A stretch of DNA of 64,000 nucleotides, from assembly GCA_050952725.1 (NCBI GenBank), contig JBMNLN010000001.1, positions 880,108 through 944,107 on the forward strand. Reading direction: 5' to 3'. Under the pieces are notes generated by a model. It searched no databases and was not told the DNA's origin. It saw only the letters and a program-made list of their open reading frames with translations. Positions 37,578 to 48,265 of the stretch are shown piece after piece. Within the stretch, counting starts at the first letter, position 1; each line of letters begins with the position of its first letter. The translations under genes were made by a program, and so were the position numbers. The DNA comes from Bacilli bacterium (GTDB lineage: Bacteria > Bacillota_I > Bacilli_A > RFN20 > CAG-826).

Positions 37578-38261
37578 ATGCTTTTTGATGCCAAAATGCT
37601 TGTCGCCTTAATTCCTTTTGTTATCTGCATGATCGTGCACCTTGTTTTTTGTTTTCGCGAACATGAGCAAGCCCGTTCAATCACCAAGCTGACCTTGATG
37701 CCGGCGTTAGGTTTTTATGTGCTGATGGTTGATCGGTTTGCCAGCTGGCTGTTTTTGGCGTTACTTCTAGCATATTTAGGCGATATTTTTCTCCTTTATA
37801 AAAATAATAAAACCGTCTTTTTAGCGGGAATTATCTCCTTCGGCCTCTCGCATCTTACTTATATGTATCTGCTTCTTAGTCGCATCGGGTGGAATCAACT
37901 TCCTTCGTGGCCCTATTTAGTCTTTATTCCCTTAGGTTTGGTGATTGCCAATGTCTTTTTAATCGATTTGATTTTTAAAGATAAAGCGGGTTCATTGAAA
38001 CCGGTGATGATTATCTACTCGTTCCTTTTAACTTTAGAACTAGCGATTGCCATTTATGGAGCGACTGTGCGCTTTGATCGTTTTGCGCTCCTATTGATTA
38101 TCGGCTGTCTCCTCTTTATTAGCAGCGATGCTTATATTGGCATTACGACTTTCTTAAAACCGGCATCGCGTTCGCATTTCTTCATTATGTTGACTTATCT
38201 TTTAGCGCAGGTGGCGATCGTCGTCAGCCTTTTGCATTACCACGTGATTATTCACTACTAG
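37578..38261 (+). CDS. polytopic membrane protein, YhhN-like
   Basis: The first ATG is 6 nt after the glgA stop, and the ORF-track upstream extension overlaps glgA. 227 aa with about 7 TM helices and an LGD-containing segment. The family assignment is tentative. Confidence 0.35.
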   Translation: MLFDAKMLVALIPFVICMIVHLVFCFREHEQARSITKLTLMPALGFYVLMVDRFASWLFLALLLAYLGDIFLLYKNNKTVFLAGIISFGLSHLTYMYLLLSRIGWNQLPSWPYLVFIPLGLVIANVFLIDLIFKDKAGSLKPVMIIYSFLLTLELAIAIYGATVRFDRFALLLIIGCLLFISSDAYIGITTFLKPASRSHFFIMLTYLLAQVAIVVSLLHYHVIIHY

Positions 38262-38287
38262 GCCCCCAAAACCTTGAAGACAATCGC

Positions 38288-38316
38288 TTGATGATTATGC
38301 TATAATTAAATAGAAT
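38288..38316 (+). promoter_or_regulatory. putative promoter of the leuS leader
   Basis: TTGATG-17 nt-TAGAAT. Confidence 0.35.
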
Positions 38317-38324
38317 TCTCGCAT

Positions 38325-38508
38325 TAATGAAGAATATCTCTCTAAGCAGCGACTACTAGATGGTGCAAGGGTAGAAGAGCGACCTTCGGTCTCAGCGAAA
38401 ACAGAATTCTGTGACCGCGCATTAAGCGGAGAACGAGTGTCAATTTTGATTGATAAATTAAGGTGGTACCGCGGCTATGTCGCCCTTAAGTATCACTTTT
38501 TTATTTGG
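38325..38508 (+). promoter_or_regulatory. T-box riboswitch leader, presumably Leu-specific, upstream of leuS
   Basis: Conserved T-box sequence AAUUAAGGUGGUACCGCGG at 38456-38474. A candidate terminator arm gtggtac...gtatcac is followed by a TTTTTT run at 38494-38499, then the GGAGG RBS and the leuS ATG at 38519. A CUC-A in a plausible specifier position lies at 38391-38394. Confidence 0.75.
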
Positions 38509-38518
38509 AGGTCTGCTT

Positions 38519-40927
38519 ATGGGATATGATTACAAAACGATTGAGCCCAAATGGCAAAAAATCTGGTTAGAAACGAAAACCTATTACACGGATTTATATG
38601 ATTTTAGCAAACCTAAATACTACATTTTGGATATGTTTCCCTATCCTTCAGGACAAGGTTTACATGTGGGACATCCTAAAGGCTACACCGCCTCCGATGT
38701 CCTAGCGCGGATGAAGCGGATGCAAGGGTTTAATGTCCTCCATCCAATTGGCTGGGATGCTTTTGGGTTACCCGCGGAGCAATTCGCTTTAAAGACCAAC
38801 CGCCATCCCGGGGAATTTACGAAGGAAAATATCGACAATTTCCGCGGTCAATTACAACGCCTCGGGTTTAGTTATGACTGGGATAAAGAAATCGATACTA
38901 CCGATCCCTCCTATTATCATTGGACGCAGTGGATTTTTACGAAAATGTTCGAAAACGATCTAGCCTATGTCGATGAAAAACCGGTAAACTTCTGTCCTGA
39001 ACTTGGCACTGTCTTAGCAAATGAAGAAGTTATCGATGGACGCTCGGAAGTGGGGGGCTTTCCCGTGATTCGTAAACCAATGCGGCAATGGGTGTTAAAA
39101 ATTACTGCCTATGCGGAAAGGTTATTGGCGGATTTAGATAATTTAAACTGGCCCACTTCGACTTTGGAGATGCAACGAAACTGGATTGGCAAATCAGAAG
39201 GGGCGATCATCAACTTTGCAATTGTCAATCATCCCGAATTGTCCTTTGAAGTATTCACGACGCGGCTGGATACCCTTTATGGGTGCACCTATTGTTCCTT
39301 AGCGCCCGAGCATCCCCTCGTTTTAGAAATTGTCACCCCTAAGCGAAAACAAGCCGTCCTAGATTACATTGAAGAAGCCAGTAAAAAAAGCGATCTCGAC
39401 CGCACCGAATTCAATAAAGATAAAACAGGATGTTTTACCGGCGCTTACGCGCTTAATCCAATTAATGGCCAGGAAGTCCCGATCTATATTGCCGACTATG
39501 TTTTAGTAAGTTATGGTACGGGTGCGGTGATGGCGGTTCCCGCTCATGATGAACGCGATTATGAATTTGCCAAGAAATATAAATTACCGATTATTCAAGT
39601 TCTCGAAGGGGATATTTCTACGCAGGCCATGGTCGAAGATGCATCTCACATTAATTCTGGTCCAGCTAATGGCTTAGATATCGCTGGAGCCAAGGAAGTT
39701 ATTTTAAGGGAACTTTTAAAGAAAAACGCTGGCAGAAAGGCCGTCAATTATAAACTTCGCGATTGGCTATTTTCCCGGCAACGTTATTGGGGGGAGCCGA
39801 TTCCAGCGGCAACCTATCTTGATACGGGGGAAATCTTTGCCCTTCCCGAAGAGGAATTACCTTTGCTCTTGCCGGATTTAGATGAGTTCAAACCCTCGGG
39901 AACGGGCGAGTCACCTTTAGTTCATGCGCAGGATTGGTTGTATTTTGAAACTGCGGGACGAAAAGCGATTCGGGAGACGAATACGATGCCCCAGTGGGCT
40001 GGTTCTTGTTGGTATTATATTCGCTATCTCGACCCCGATAATCATGAACAAATCGCTGATCCCAAACTGATTAGGCATTGGCTTCCAGTCGATCTTTATG
40101 TTGGCGGTGCCGAACATGCGGTGCTCCATTTACTCTATGCGCGGTTTTGGCATAAGTTTCTCTATGATCAAGGCGTGGTCTTTTGCCAAGAGCCTTTTGC
40201 CCAACTATTCCACCAAGGGATGATCTTGGGCAGCAATGGTGAGAAGATGTCGAAATCGCGCGGAAATGTGGTCACTACTGACGAAGTAATTGCAGGTTAT
40301 GGAGCGGATACTTTGCGAGTTTATGAGATGTTTATGGGACCACTAGAAGCTTCACTCCCTTGGTCGAATTCGGGATTAGATGGGGCAAAGCGCTGGCTCG
40401 ATCGCGTGGCCAGACTAGTCATGGATGATGATTTAGCGAAGAAATTAAGCGATAAAAACTCGCAAGAACTTGATTATTCTTATCATTATCTGGTGAAAAA
40501 AGTTACGGAAGATTTTGAAAACCTGCGCTTTAATACCGCAATTAGTCAGATGATGATTTTCATCAACGATTGCTATAAGGCAAATAGTATTTACCAACCA
40601 TACATGGTTGGCTTTGTGCAAATGCTCAGTTGTATTGCTCCTCATTTAGCGGAAGAACTCTATCAAAAACTCGGTCATCAGGAATTGATCACCTATGCGC
40701 CCTGGCCGACTTACGAGGAGAAAATGCTCGTGCAATCAACTGAGAATATCGCCGTCCAAGTCAATGGTAAATTACGAGCGACAATCGAAGTTCCTGCTAA
40801 TATCAGCAAGGAAGAATTACAAGAACTCGCTTTGCAACAGGAGGGAGTGCAACGCCATCTCCAAGGTTTGACGATTGTCAAAGTCATCGTCGTTCCCCAT
40901 CGGATTGTCAATGTCGTTGCCCGGTAG
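38519..40927 (+). CDS. leuS: leucyl-tRNA synthetase
   Basis: [16 protein letters not shown]..., HIGH-type HVGHP, KMSKS ([10 protein letters not shown]). Length is ~802 aa. The ORF-track start at 38477 lies inside the T-box and its terminator. Confidence 0.9.
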   Translation: MGYDYKTIEPKWQKIWLETKTYYTDLYDFSKPKYYILDMFPYPSGQGLHVGHPKGYTASDVLARMKRMQGFNVLHPIGWDAFGLPAEQFALKTNRHPGEFTKENIDNFRGQLQRLGFSYDWDKEIDTTDPSYYHWTQWIFTKMFENDLAYVDEKPVNFCPELGTVLANEEVIDGRSEVGGFPVIRKPMRQWVLKITAYAERLLADLDNLNWPTSTLEMQRNWIGKSEGAIINFAIVNHPELSFEVFTTRLDTLYGCTYCSLAPEHPLVLEIVTPKRKQAVLDYIEEASKKSDLDRTEFNKDKTGCFTGAYALNPINGQEVPIYIADYVLVSYGTGAVMAVPAHDERDYEFAKKYKLPIIQVLEGDISTQAMVEDASHINSGPANGLDIAGAKEVILRELLKKNAGRKAVNYKLRDWLFSRQRYWGEPIPAATYLDTGEIFALPEEELPLLLPDLDEFKPSGTGESPLVHAQDWLYFETAGRKAIRETNTMPQWAGSCWYYIRYLDPDNHEQIADPKLIRHWLPVDLYVGGAEHAVLHLLYARFWHKFLYDQGVVFCQEPFAQLFHQGMILGSNGEKMSKSRGNVVTTDEVIAGYGADTLRVYEMFMGPLEASLPWSNSGLDGAKRWLDRVARLVMDDDLAKKLSDKNSQELDYSYHYLVKKVTEDFENLRFNTAISQMMIFINDCYKANSIYQPYMVGFVQMLSCIAPHLAEELYQKLGHQELITYAPWPTYEEKMLVQSTENIAVQVNGKLRATIEVPANISKEELQELALQQEGVQRHLQGLTIVKVIVVPHRIVNVVAR

Positions 40928-40933
40928 GAAATT

Positions 40934-43072
40934 ATGGATATTATTCAAACCCTGAGTACGGAATTGGAAATTACGACTCAACAAGTCACAACGGTAATCA
41001 ATTTGCTGCAAGAAGGGAATACGATTCCTTTTATCGCGCGGTATCGCAAGGAAATGACTGGCTCACTTGATGATGAGGTTTTGCGGACTTTTGATATACG
41101 TTACAAATATTTACTGAACTTTAACGAGCGCTTAGCCACCATCACTAAGACGATTACGGAGTTAGAAAAAATGACTCCAGAAATCGAAATGGCGTTGCAA
41201 AATGCTACGACTCTAGCGGAACTAGAGGATATTTATCGTCCCTATAAACCCAAACGCGAGACTCGGGGGACCAAGGCAATTAAAGCTGGGCTCGCTCCTT
41301 TAGCGGAAATCATTAAAGCCCAAGCCGACGAACGCCCTCTTGAAGAAATCGCCTCTGAATTTTTAAATGAAGAGCATCAAATTACCGATGTTAATCTTGC
41401 GATTTTAGGTGCCCTGGACATCATCGCGGAAGAGATTGCTGACGAAGCCTCATATCGAAAACAAATTCGTTTAATCATCAAGCATTTTGGAAAAATCATC
41501 ACTGCTCAAGCTGGCGATGATGAAAATGAAGTCTATCAGATGTATTACGATTATCAAGAAGCAGTCGCCTCGATTCGACCGCACCGAATCTTAGCGATTA
41601 ACCGGGGTGAAAAACAAAAGGTCTTAAAGGTCAATCTCATCATCAACGATGACGATGCCCTGAGTTATATCGAACGCGGTGTGCTGCAAACCCAAGGGCG
41701 TTTCCACGAGGAATTAAAGAAGGCGATTGCCGATAGTTATAAACGCTTAATCTTCCCTTCGTTGACCACGGAAATCCGCAATGAACTCTTTGAAAGTGCG
41801 GAAGATGTTTCGATGAAGGTTTTCCAAGCCAATTTACGTCAGTTGCTATTAGAGCCCCCTTTGAGCGGGGTGAGAATTCTCGGATTTGATCCCGCATTTC
41901 GCACCGGGTGTAAATTAGCGGTGATTAATGAACACGGAGCGGTGCTCGATAAAGCAGTAATCTATCCGACTGTTCCTCATAAAAATATCGCGGGTGCAAG
42001 TAAAAAACTCCTCGAACTCATCACTGAACATCGGGTCGATTATATCGCCCTAGGCAATGGGACTGCTTCAAGAGAATCGGAACAATTTTTGCGCCATTTC
42101 CTCAATGAAAATTCCTTGCCGACCAAATATGTCATCGTTTCCGAAGCCGGTGCCTCTGTTTATTCGGCTTCGAAGTTAGGTGCGGAAGAATTTCCAGATT
42201 ATGAAACCGAAGAAAGAAGTGCGGTGAGTATCGCGCGGCGCCTCCTTGACCCATTAGCGGAACTGGTCAAGATTGATCCAAAAGCGATCGGGGTTGGTCA
42301 ATATCAACACGATATGAACCAAAAGAAACTCTCTGAACGTCTCCATGTCGTCGTCGAAGATGTGGTCAATGCGGTCGGAGTCAACCTCAATCAAGCCTCG
42401 GTCTCGTTGCTGACCTATGTTTCCGGCATTAGTAATACGGTTGCCAAAAACATTGTCGCCTATCGCCATGCGCATGGTCCTTTCCTTAGTCGCGAACAGC
42501 TTTTAAAAGTTCCACAACTCGGTCCAAAAGCCTTTGAACAATGTGCGGGCTTCCTCCGGCTTGAGGGGGAGAACATCCTCGATAACACGGCGGTTCACCC
42601 TGAATCTTATCCACTGGTGGAAAAACTTCTTACTGATTTAGGTTTATCGCTTAGTGAAATTGGCACGGAGAAGTTCAATCAGATTTTACCGATGGTTGAT
42701 ATCGGAAAATATGCCAAAAAACTCGAAATCGGGGAACCAACTCTAACGGATATTATCGAAGAACTCCAAAAGCCTGGTCGTGATCCGCGACTAGAAATTA
42801 AAACCGCGCAACTGCAGCATACAATCACGGATATTAAAGATCTAAAAGAGGGAATGATCCTTGAAGGAACCGTCCGTAATCTGATGGACTTTGGTGCTTT
42901 TGTTGACATCGGGGTTCACTGCGATGGTTTAGTTCATATTTCGGAAATTGCCAACCGCTTTATCAAACATCCCCTTGATGTGTTGAGCATCAATCAAGTG
43001 GTGAAAGTCAAAGTGATTGGAGTGGACCTTAAACGCAAACGCATTTCCCTTTCGATGAAGCAAGTAAGTTAA
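40934..43072 (+). CDS. tex: transcription accessory protein Tex (YqgF/HhH/S1 domains)
   Basis: N-terminus ...TIPFIARYRKEMTGSLDDEVLR is the Tex hallmark. A C-terminal S1 domain is present (GTVRNLMDFGAFVDIG). Length is 712 aa. Confidence 0.85.
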   Translation: MDIIQTLSTELEITTQQVTTVINLLQEGNTIPFIARYRKEMTGSLDDEVLRTFDIRYKYLLNFNERLATITKTITELEKMTPEIEMALQNATTLAELEDIYRPYKPKRETRGTKAIKAGLAPLAEIIKAQADERPLEEIASEFLNEEHQITDVNLAILGALDIIAEEIADEASYRKQIRLIIKHFGKIITAQAGDDENEVYQMYYDYQEAVASIRPHRILAINRGEKQKVLKVNLIINDDDALSYIERGVLQTQGRFHEELKKAIADSYKRLIFPSLTTEIRNELFESAEDVSMKVFQANLRQLLLEPPLSGVRILGFDPAFRTGCKLAVINEHGAVLDKAVIYPTVPHKNIAGASKKLLELITEHRVDYIALGNGTASRESEQFLRHFLNENSLPTKYVIVSEAGASVYSASKLGAEEFPDYETEERSAVSIARRLLDPLAELVKIDPKAIGVGQYQHDMNQKKLSERLHVVVEDVVNAVGVNLNQASVSLLTYVSGISNTVAKNIVAYRHAHGPFLSREQLLKVPQLGPKAFEQCAGFLRLEGENILDNTAVHPESYPLVEKLLTDLGLSLSEIGTEKFNQILPMVDIGKYAKKLEIGEPTLTDIIEELQKPGRDPRLEIKTAQLQHTITDIKDLKEGMILEGTVRNLMDFGAFVDIGVHCDGLVHISEIANRFIKHPLDVLSINQVVKVKVIGVDLKRKRISLSMKQVS

Positions 43073-43150
43073 TTGTTAATTACGCGAAATCAGTTTATAA
43101 TTCAAATGCACGATACCTTATTGGCTAAGGATGGTAGCGAGGAATAAAAG

Positions 43151-43936
43151 ATGATTTTAACAGTTGATTTGGGAAACACGACGATTCATTTAGGTATCTT
43201 CGAAGGTTCCACTTTGATTAAAACTTGGGCGACCAATACTGATTTATTCAAAGAAAAGAGTGAATACTATTCGCTCTTTAAGCGATATTTTAAAGAAGAA
43301 GGGATCGACCCGTCCGCATTTGAGGGCGGGATTTTGTCATCGGTCGTTCCCCCTCTAACTTTAATTATCAAAGCGATTTTTACTGATTATTTTTCCATTC
43401 CAATGATGGAATTATCTCCGGGGATTAAAACTGGCCTACCTATTCATATCGATAAGCCTGATGAACTAGGTGCTGATCTAGTCGCTAGCGCAGTTGGGGC
43501 CAGAGCCGAATTTGGTTTTCCCTTGACGATTATCGATTTGGGCACGGCTAACAAAGTGACGGTAATCGATGAAAAGGGCAATTTTATCGGGGCAGTTTTC
43601 ACTCCTGGTTTAAGAGTTGCAGTTGATGCTTTAGTTAAAAATACCGCACAATTGCCAGCGATTTCTTTGCAAACTCCAGTCAAAGTAATTGGGAAAAACA
43701 CGGTCGATGCGATGAATTCAGGGGCGACATATGGGACGATGAGCGAAATTCTTGGCCTTGTGCGCTTGATTGAAAAAGAACTCGGATATCCAACTAAGCG
43801 GATTTTATTAGGAGGATATGCTCCTTATATTAAAGATTTACTTCAAGATGAAGTTATTTATGCACCCCATCTGCAATTAAAAGGATTAGCTCATATTTAT
43901 AATCGGAACAAGCGAGGACATCGCGATGAAAAATAA
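43151..43936 (+). CDS. coaX: type III pantothenate kinase
   Basis: MILTVDLGNTTIHLGIF and the ASKHA fold pattern. Length is 261 aa. Confidence 0.85.
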   Translation: MILTVDLGNTTIHLGIFEGSTLIKTWATNTDLFKEKSEYYSLFKRYFKEEGIDPSAFEGGILSSVVPPLTLIIKAIFTDYFSIPMMELSPGIKTGLPIHIDKPDELGADLVASAVGARAEFGFPLTIIDLGTANKVTVIDEKGNFIGAVFTPGLRVAVDALVKNTAQLPAISLQTPVKVIGKNTVDAMNSGATYGTMSEILGLVRLIEKELGYPTKRILLGGYAPYIKDLLQDEVIYAPHLQLKGLAHIYNRNKRGHRDEK

Positions 43937-44543
43937 GCGGATTCACGCCTTGACCATCGATGCGATGTTGATCGCAATTATTGCGATTATGACTTTTATT
44001 CCGCAATTTGGTTTTATTATGATCAATGCGGGTTTATCTCTTACTTTAATTCCACTTCCGGTGTTAATTGGCGCTTATCTTGGCGGAATTAAACGCGGAG
44101 GAATTTATGGTTTTACTTTTGGGGTGATGAGTTTTCTCAAAGCCTTGACTGCTCCGGGCAACGACGCGTTATTTTTTTCCAATCCCTTAGTCGCCATTGT
44201 TCCGCGGGTGCTTTTTGGTTTACTTGCCGGATTATTTTTTCATTTGCTGTTAAAGCGCTCTCGACCGAAAAAAACCTCGATCACTCTTGTGGCGGTTATT
44301 TCTTTAACAACTACCCTGCTTCATGGCGTAATGACCCTTTCATTTGCCGGTATCTTCTTCCCGCAAGTTTGGCCGATGCTATTGATGATACTTCTCACTA
44401 ACACTTTAATTGAAGCGACGGTGATGGCTCTTTTAGTTCCGATTATTATCTCGAGTCTGCAAGTGATTTTCTTGAAGGAAAATCTCTATCATGTCTTTCA
44501 TAAAAAACCACAAACATCTAATGAAATGAGTAACGAAAAATAG
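43926..44543 (+). CDS. ECF-transporter S component (substrate-capture subunit), possibly pantothenate by context
   Basis: 205 aa with about 6 TM helices and the typical ECF-S N-terminus (...LTIDAMLIAIIAIMTFIPQFGFI...). It overlaps the coaX end. Substrate assignment is inference from adjacency to coaX. Confidence 0.5.
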   Translation: MKNKRIHALTIDAMLIAIIAIMTFIPQFGFIMINAGLSLTLIPLPVLIGAYLGGIKRGGIYGFTFGVMSFLKALTAPGNDALFFSNPLVAIVPRVLFGLLAGLFFHLLLKRSRPKKTSITLVAVISLTTTLLHGVMTLSFAGIFFPQVWPMLLMILLTNTLIEATVMALLVPIIISSLQVIFLKENLYHVFHKKPQTSNEMSNEK

Positions 44544-44568
44544 TAAAATTGAGTTTGGAAAAAAGTAT

Positions 44569-45945
44569 ATGAACATTGATTTTAAAGCCCTATGCACCTC
44601 ATATCATACGTCAGCGATTGAAAATTTACGCGCTTGGATTAAAATTCCTTCGGTGCTTGATTTAGCTTCCGTTCGTCCTGATGCTCCTTTTGGCGAGGAG
44701 GTTTATCGGGCCTTGCGCTTTATCGGAGAAATGGCAGAAGAAGATGGGTTTGAGGTCGATTACTGCGATGGGTATGTCACGGAAATTAGTTTTGGAACGG
44801 GCAAGCGAACCATTGGCATATTTGCCCATGCTGATGTGGTGCCGGCGACGGGAAATTGGAATTATCCCCCCTTTGAAGCTGTATTGGCGGATGAAAAAAT
44901 CTATGGACGCGGAACTAGCGATGATAAAGGACCAGCCATGGCAGCCTACTATGCCCTTAAAGTTTTAAAGGATAATGATTTAATCAATAATTACCGCGTG
45001 GTTCTAGTAATTGGTGGCAATGAAGAAAATGGAAGTCGTTGTTTAGATTATTACTTCAATCAACTTAAGAAACCACATGTCGATTTCGGTTTTACTCCCG
45101 ATGGAAACTTCCCTCTTATTTATGGTGAGAAAGGGATTGTGAATTTTGCTTTGATCGGGGAATTTAAGTGGGATCGGATTAAAAAAATTGAGGCAGGGCA
45201 AGCAGTCAATCTGGTAATCGATGAAGCCAAGGCAATCGTTGATGGCGATTCAAACTTAGAAAAAGCCCTAAGTCAAACGGGATATCGTTATCAATTAACC
45301 CCGATTAATCAGGAAGAATGTGAACTGATATTCTATGGGACGAGCGCACATGGTTCAGTTCCAGAACTCGGGGATAATGCGGGGACGAAACTGATCGGTT
45401 TTCTTGGAGAATTCTATCGTATTTACCCTTTGCAAAAAACGGGGCGCTTATTGAGTGATTTATCTGGAAAAGAATTAGATATTTTCACGACTAGTTCAGC
45501 ATTGGGTGCAACCACACTTAATGTGGGTTTAATTAACTATGATGGGGAAAAGTTTTTCCTGGCGGTCAATTTCCGTTTTCCTGAAACTCTCGACTGCGAA
45601 AAGGCGATGCGCAAAGTTCAAGACCGTGTCCACCCCCTTGATATAAAGTACGACCGTCATAGTCCTGTTTTGCTTTTTTCAAAAGATAGTTCGTTTGTTC
45701 AAACCTTATTAGAGGTTTATCAAAAAGAGACGGGTGATTATCAACATCAACCGCTGACAATTGGTGGGGGAACTTATGCGAAATCTGCTCAAAACACGCT
45801 TGCTTTTGGTTCGGCTTTCCCCGGGAGAAATGATTTAATTCATGCTCCCAATGAACATATTCACCTATCTGATTTTTTACTTTCGATGTCGATCTACGCG
45901 CATGCAATCGCTGCATTAGGGAGGAAAGATGCGCTTAAAATTTAA
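44569..45945 (+). CDS. pepV: M20-family dipeptidase (PepV/Sapep-like)
   Basis: HADVVPA...GNWNYPPF...GRGTSDDKGP motifs of M20A. Length is 458 aa. Confidence 0.7.
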   Translation: MNIDFKALCTSYHTSAIENLRAWIKIPSVLDLASVRPDAPFGEEVYRALRFIGEMAEEDGFEVDYCDGYVTEISFGTGKRTIGIFAHADVVPATGNWNYPPFEAVLADEKIYGRGTSDDKGPAMAAYYALKVLKDNDLINNYRVVLVIGGNEENGSRCLDYYFNQLKKPHVDFGFTPDGNFPLIYGEKGIVNFALIGEFKWDRIKKIEAGQAVNLVIDEAKAIVDGDSNLEKALSQTGYRYQLTPINQEECELIFYGTSAHGSVPELGDNAGTKLIGFLGEFYRIYPLQKTGRLLSDLSGKELDIFTTSSALGATTLNVGLINYDGEKFFLAVNFRFPETLDCEKAMRKVQDRVHPLDIKYDRHSPVLLFSKDSSFVQTLLEVYQKETGDYQHQPLTIGGGTYAKSAQNTLAFGSAFPGRNDLIHAPNEHIHLSDFLLSMSIYAHAIAALGRKDALKI

Positions 45946-46594
45946 ACCTTGGGCTCATCCATATTTACTCGCCCATCAAGAGATTGCCTTGACCAAAGAT
46001 GATTTTTCATCACCGCGTTTTCAAGAACTTTTTAAAAAAGATAACTTGATGCTTGAAATTGGAGCTGGTAAGGGAGATTTTGTTGTCGCCATCAGTGAAA
46101 AATTTCCTCAATATTTCTTTGTTGCGGTGGAAAAAAATCTCGCTGCGGCGGCGATTATGGCGAAAAAGATCGTGGAAAGTAAACGGAAAAATGCCGTCCT
46201 TATTCACGCTGACATCAATGATTTTATTCATCTGATTCCCGATGGTGTCATCAAGAATATCTTTCTAAATTTTTCTGATCCCTGGCCCAAAGTCCGACAT
46301 CAAAAACGCCGCTTGACCACGAAAAAGATGATTGGTGAATATGCGCGTTTACTTCCCCTTCAAGGAGAGGTGCGCCTGAAAACGGATAATATTGAACTTT
46401 TTAATTTTTCTTTAGAAAATTTCAGGACTCATCATTGGAAAATAAAATATTTCACTTACACTTATAATGGACATGATCCTCAAGATGCCTTGACCGAATA
46501 TGAACGTAATTTCCGGGAAGAAGGCATTCCGATTTGTCGCTTAATTGCTAAGAAAGGAAGTAAGACTTATGTCACTAACCCCTCGTCAACTTGA
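45929..46594 (+). CDS. trmB: tRNA (guanine46-N7)-methyltransferase
   Basis: EIGAGKGDF SAM motif and FSDPWPK motif. Length is 221 aa. Confidence 0.85.
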   Translation: MRLKFKPWAHPYLLAHQEIALTKDDFSSPRFQELFKKDNLMLEIGAGKGDFVVAISEKFPQYFFVAVEKNLAAAAIMAKKIVESKRKNAVLIHADINDFIHLIPDGVIKNIFLNFSDPWPKVRHQKRRLTTKKMIGEYARLLPLQGEVRLKTDNIELFNFSLENFRTHHWKIKYFTYTYNGHDPQDALTEYERNFREEGIPICRLIAKKGSKTYVTNPSST

Positions 46595-47657
46595 ACTCTT
46601 TGAGAAATATACCCAAATTGATGGGATTGCTGGTCAAGAAGAAGCAGTCCATGGTCAACTTCGAAGAGCTTATACGGAACTAGGATTAGAGATTATTGAA
46701 GATCATCTTGGTTCAATTGTCGGCCGCAAGAAAACCAAAACCAAAAACCCTCTGAAAGTCATGGTGGTAGCCCACATGGATGAAGTGGGTTTTATGGTGA
46801 CTGAAATTACCAAAAATGGCATGTTGAAATGCGACCCTGTTGGTGGCGTCAATCCGCAGACTCTTCTTTCTTCACGAGTTCGTTTAAAGATTGGCAAAGA
46901 TCAATTTCTTCATGGTTCGATTGATGCGATTCCTCCGCATTTAATGAAAGAAGAGGATCGGACGCGCCCTGTTCAAGTCAAAGAAATGCTTTTTGATTTT
47001 GGGTTTACGACCGATGAGGAAGCGAAAAAGACTGGGGTTAAAATCGGGCAGATGATTGTAGTAGAGGGCTCTCTCCGGGTCTTAAATAATGGGAAAAGAA
47101 TTTTAAGCAAAGCCTTTGATAATCGCTATGGTGTGGTTTTAGGCTTAGATATTCTCGAAGCATTACAAGATGAAGAACTTCCGATTGATTTATATGTCGG
47201 GGCGACCGTTCAAGAAGAAGTTGGAGTTAGAGGGGCGATGACATTGACGCATAAAATTCAACCAGATTTCGCCATTGTCTTAGATTGTTCACCCGCTCGT
47301 GATTCCACAGGTTCCAAAACCGAACTCGGTCAATTAGGCGAAGGGATTTTACTTCGTTACTTCGACCGGAGCATGATTGCTTTTCCAGAATTAATCGATT
47401 ATCAACTAAAAGCGGCGCAGGCGACGGGAGTCAAATATCAATACTTTGATTCGCCAGGGGGGACCGATGCGGGAGCGATTCACTTAAAACATGCAGGAGT
47501 TTTAACCTTAACGCATTGTATATGTGCGCGCAATATTCATACGTGCTCTTCGATTATCGATGTTGAAGATTATCTAGCGGCGAAGAAGACATTGCTCTAT
47601 ATGCTGCGCGATTTAAACCGCGATAAATTTGAAGCGTTTTTACAGGAGCGAAGATGA
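46569..47657 (+). CDS. M42-family glutamyl aminopeptidase (PepA/YsdC-like)
   Basis: VVAHMDEVGFMV and the M42 pattern. The start is at MSLTPRQ with an AAAGGAAG RBS. The ORF track uses TTG at 46545, which overlaps trmB. Confidence 0.7.
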   Translation: MSLTPRQLELFEKYTQIDGIAGQEEAVHGQLRRAYTELGLEIIEDHLGSIVGRKKTKTKNPLKVMVVAHMDEVGFMVTEITKNGMLKCDPVGGVNPQTLLSSRVRLKIGKDQFLHGSIDAIPPHLMKEEDRTRPVQVKEMLFDFGFTTDEEAKKTGVKIGQMIVVEGSLRVLNNGKRILSKAFDNRYGVVLGLDILEALQDEELPIDLYVGATVQEEVGVRGAMTLTHKIQPDFAIVLDCSPARDSTGSKTELGQLGEGILLRYFDRSMIAFPELIDYQLKAAQATGVKYQYFDSPGGTDAGAIHLKHAGVLTLTHCICARNIHTCSSIIDVEDYLAAKKTLLYMLRDLNRDKFEAFLQERR

Positions 47658-48265
47658 GATACGGAGTTTTCTATAACTATCAATTGCTCGGTGATGTTTT
47701 GCTGATTGATTTAGTTGACTTACCCGCGGAAAGAGAAGAAATTCGCGGTGAGATTCATGTGCTCTATCACGGTGAGCAAATCGTCGGTTATAATATTTTT
47801 CAGATTAGTAAAATTGTGAAAATTCGCGCGAATGGACTCATTCCATTAGTCGATGAAAAACTTCTCAATGTGATTAACTCCCTATTAAAAAAAGCCGAAC
47901 TTGCCCCTCTTCCCTTGTTAGCAGATAGCGGTTTTTGTATTGGTAAGATTCTCACCGTTGAACCTCACCCCGAAAGTGATCATCTGCATTTAACCACAGT
48001 GGATATCGGCAGTGAAATTCTCAAAATTGTCTGTGGGGCAAAAAACTGCAAGGCCGGAATGATGGTCCCGGTTGCTAAAGTCGGAACGATTATGTTTGAT
48101 GGGACGCGAATTAAAGAAACGGAAGTTTTGGGTGAGAAAAGTTATGGAATGCTTTGCTCAAGTCGCGAATTAAATCTTGATCAGCAATCAGGTTTACTCG
48201 AATTGGATCATTCTTATCCGCTTGGCAGTGATTTTTTTCAAATCGGAGGTAATCGCCATGTTTGA
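47654..48265 (+). CDS. tRNA-binding-domain protein (CsaA/YtpR-like)
   Basis: C-terminal IGKILTVEPHPESDHLHLTTVDIG...KIVCGAKN is the OB-fold tRNA-binding (Myf) domain signature. Confidence 0.55.
   Translation: MRYGVFYNYQLLGDVLLIDLVDLPAEREEIRGEIHVLYHGEQIVGYNIFQISKIVKIRANGLIPLVDEKLLNVINSLLKKAELAPLPLLADSGFCIGKILTVEPHPESDHLHLTTVDIGSEILKIVCGAKNCKAGMMVPVAKVGTIMFDGTRIKETEVLGEKSYGMLCSSRELNLDQQSGLLELDHSYPLGSDFFQIGGNRHV

Noticed and set aside
38477-38518. ORF-track start of leuS at 38477 ([14 protein letters not shown]...).
   Set aside because: That stretch is the T-box and terminator of the leader. The real start is the ATG at 38519, preceded by GGAGG.
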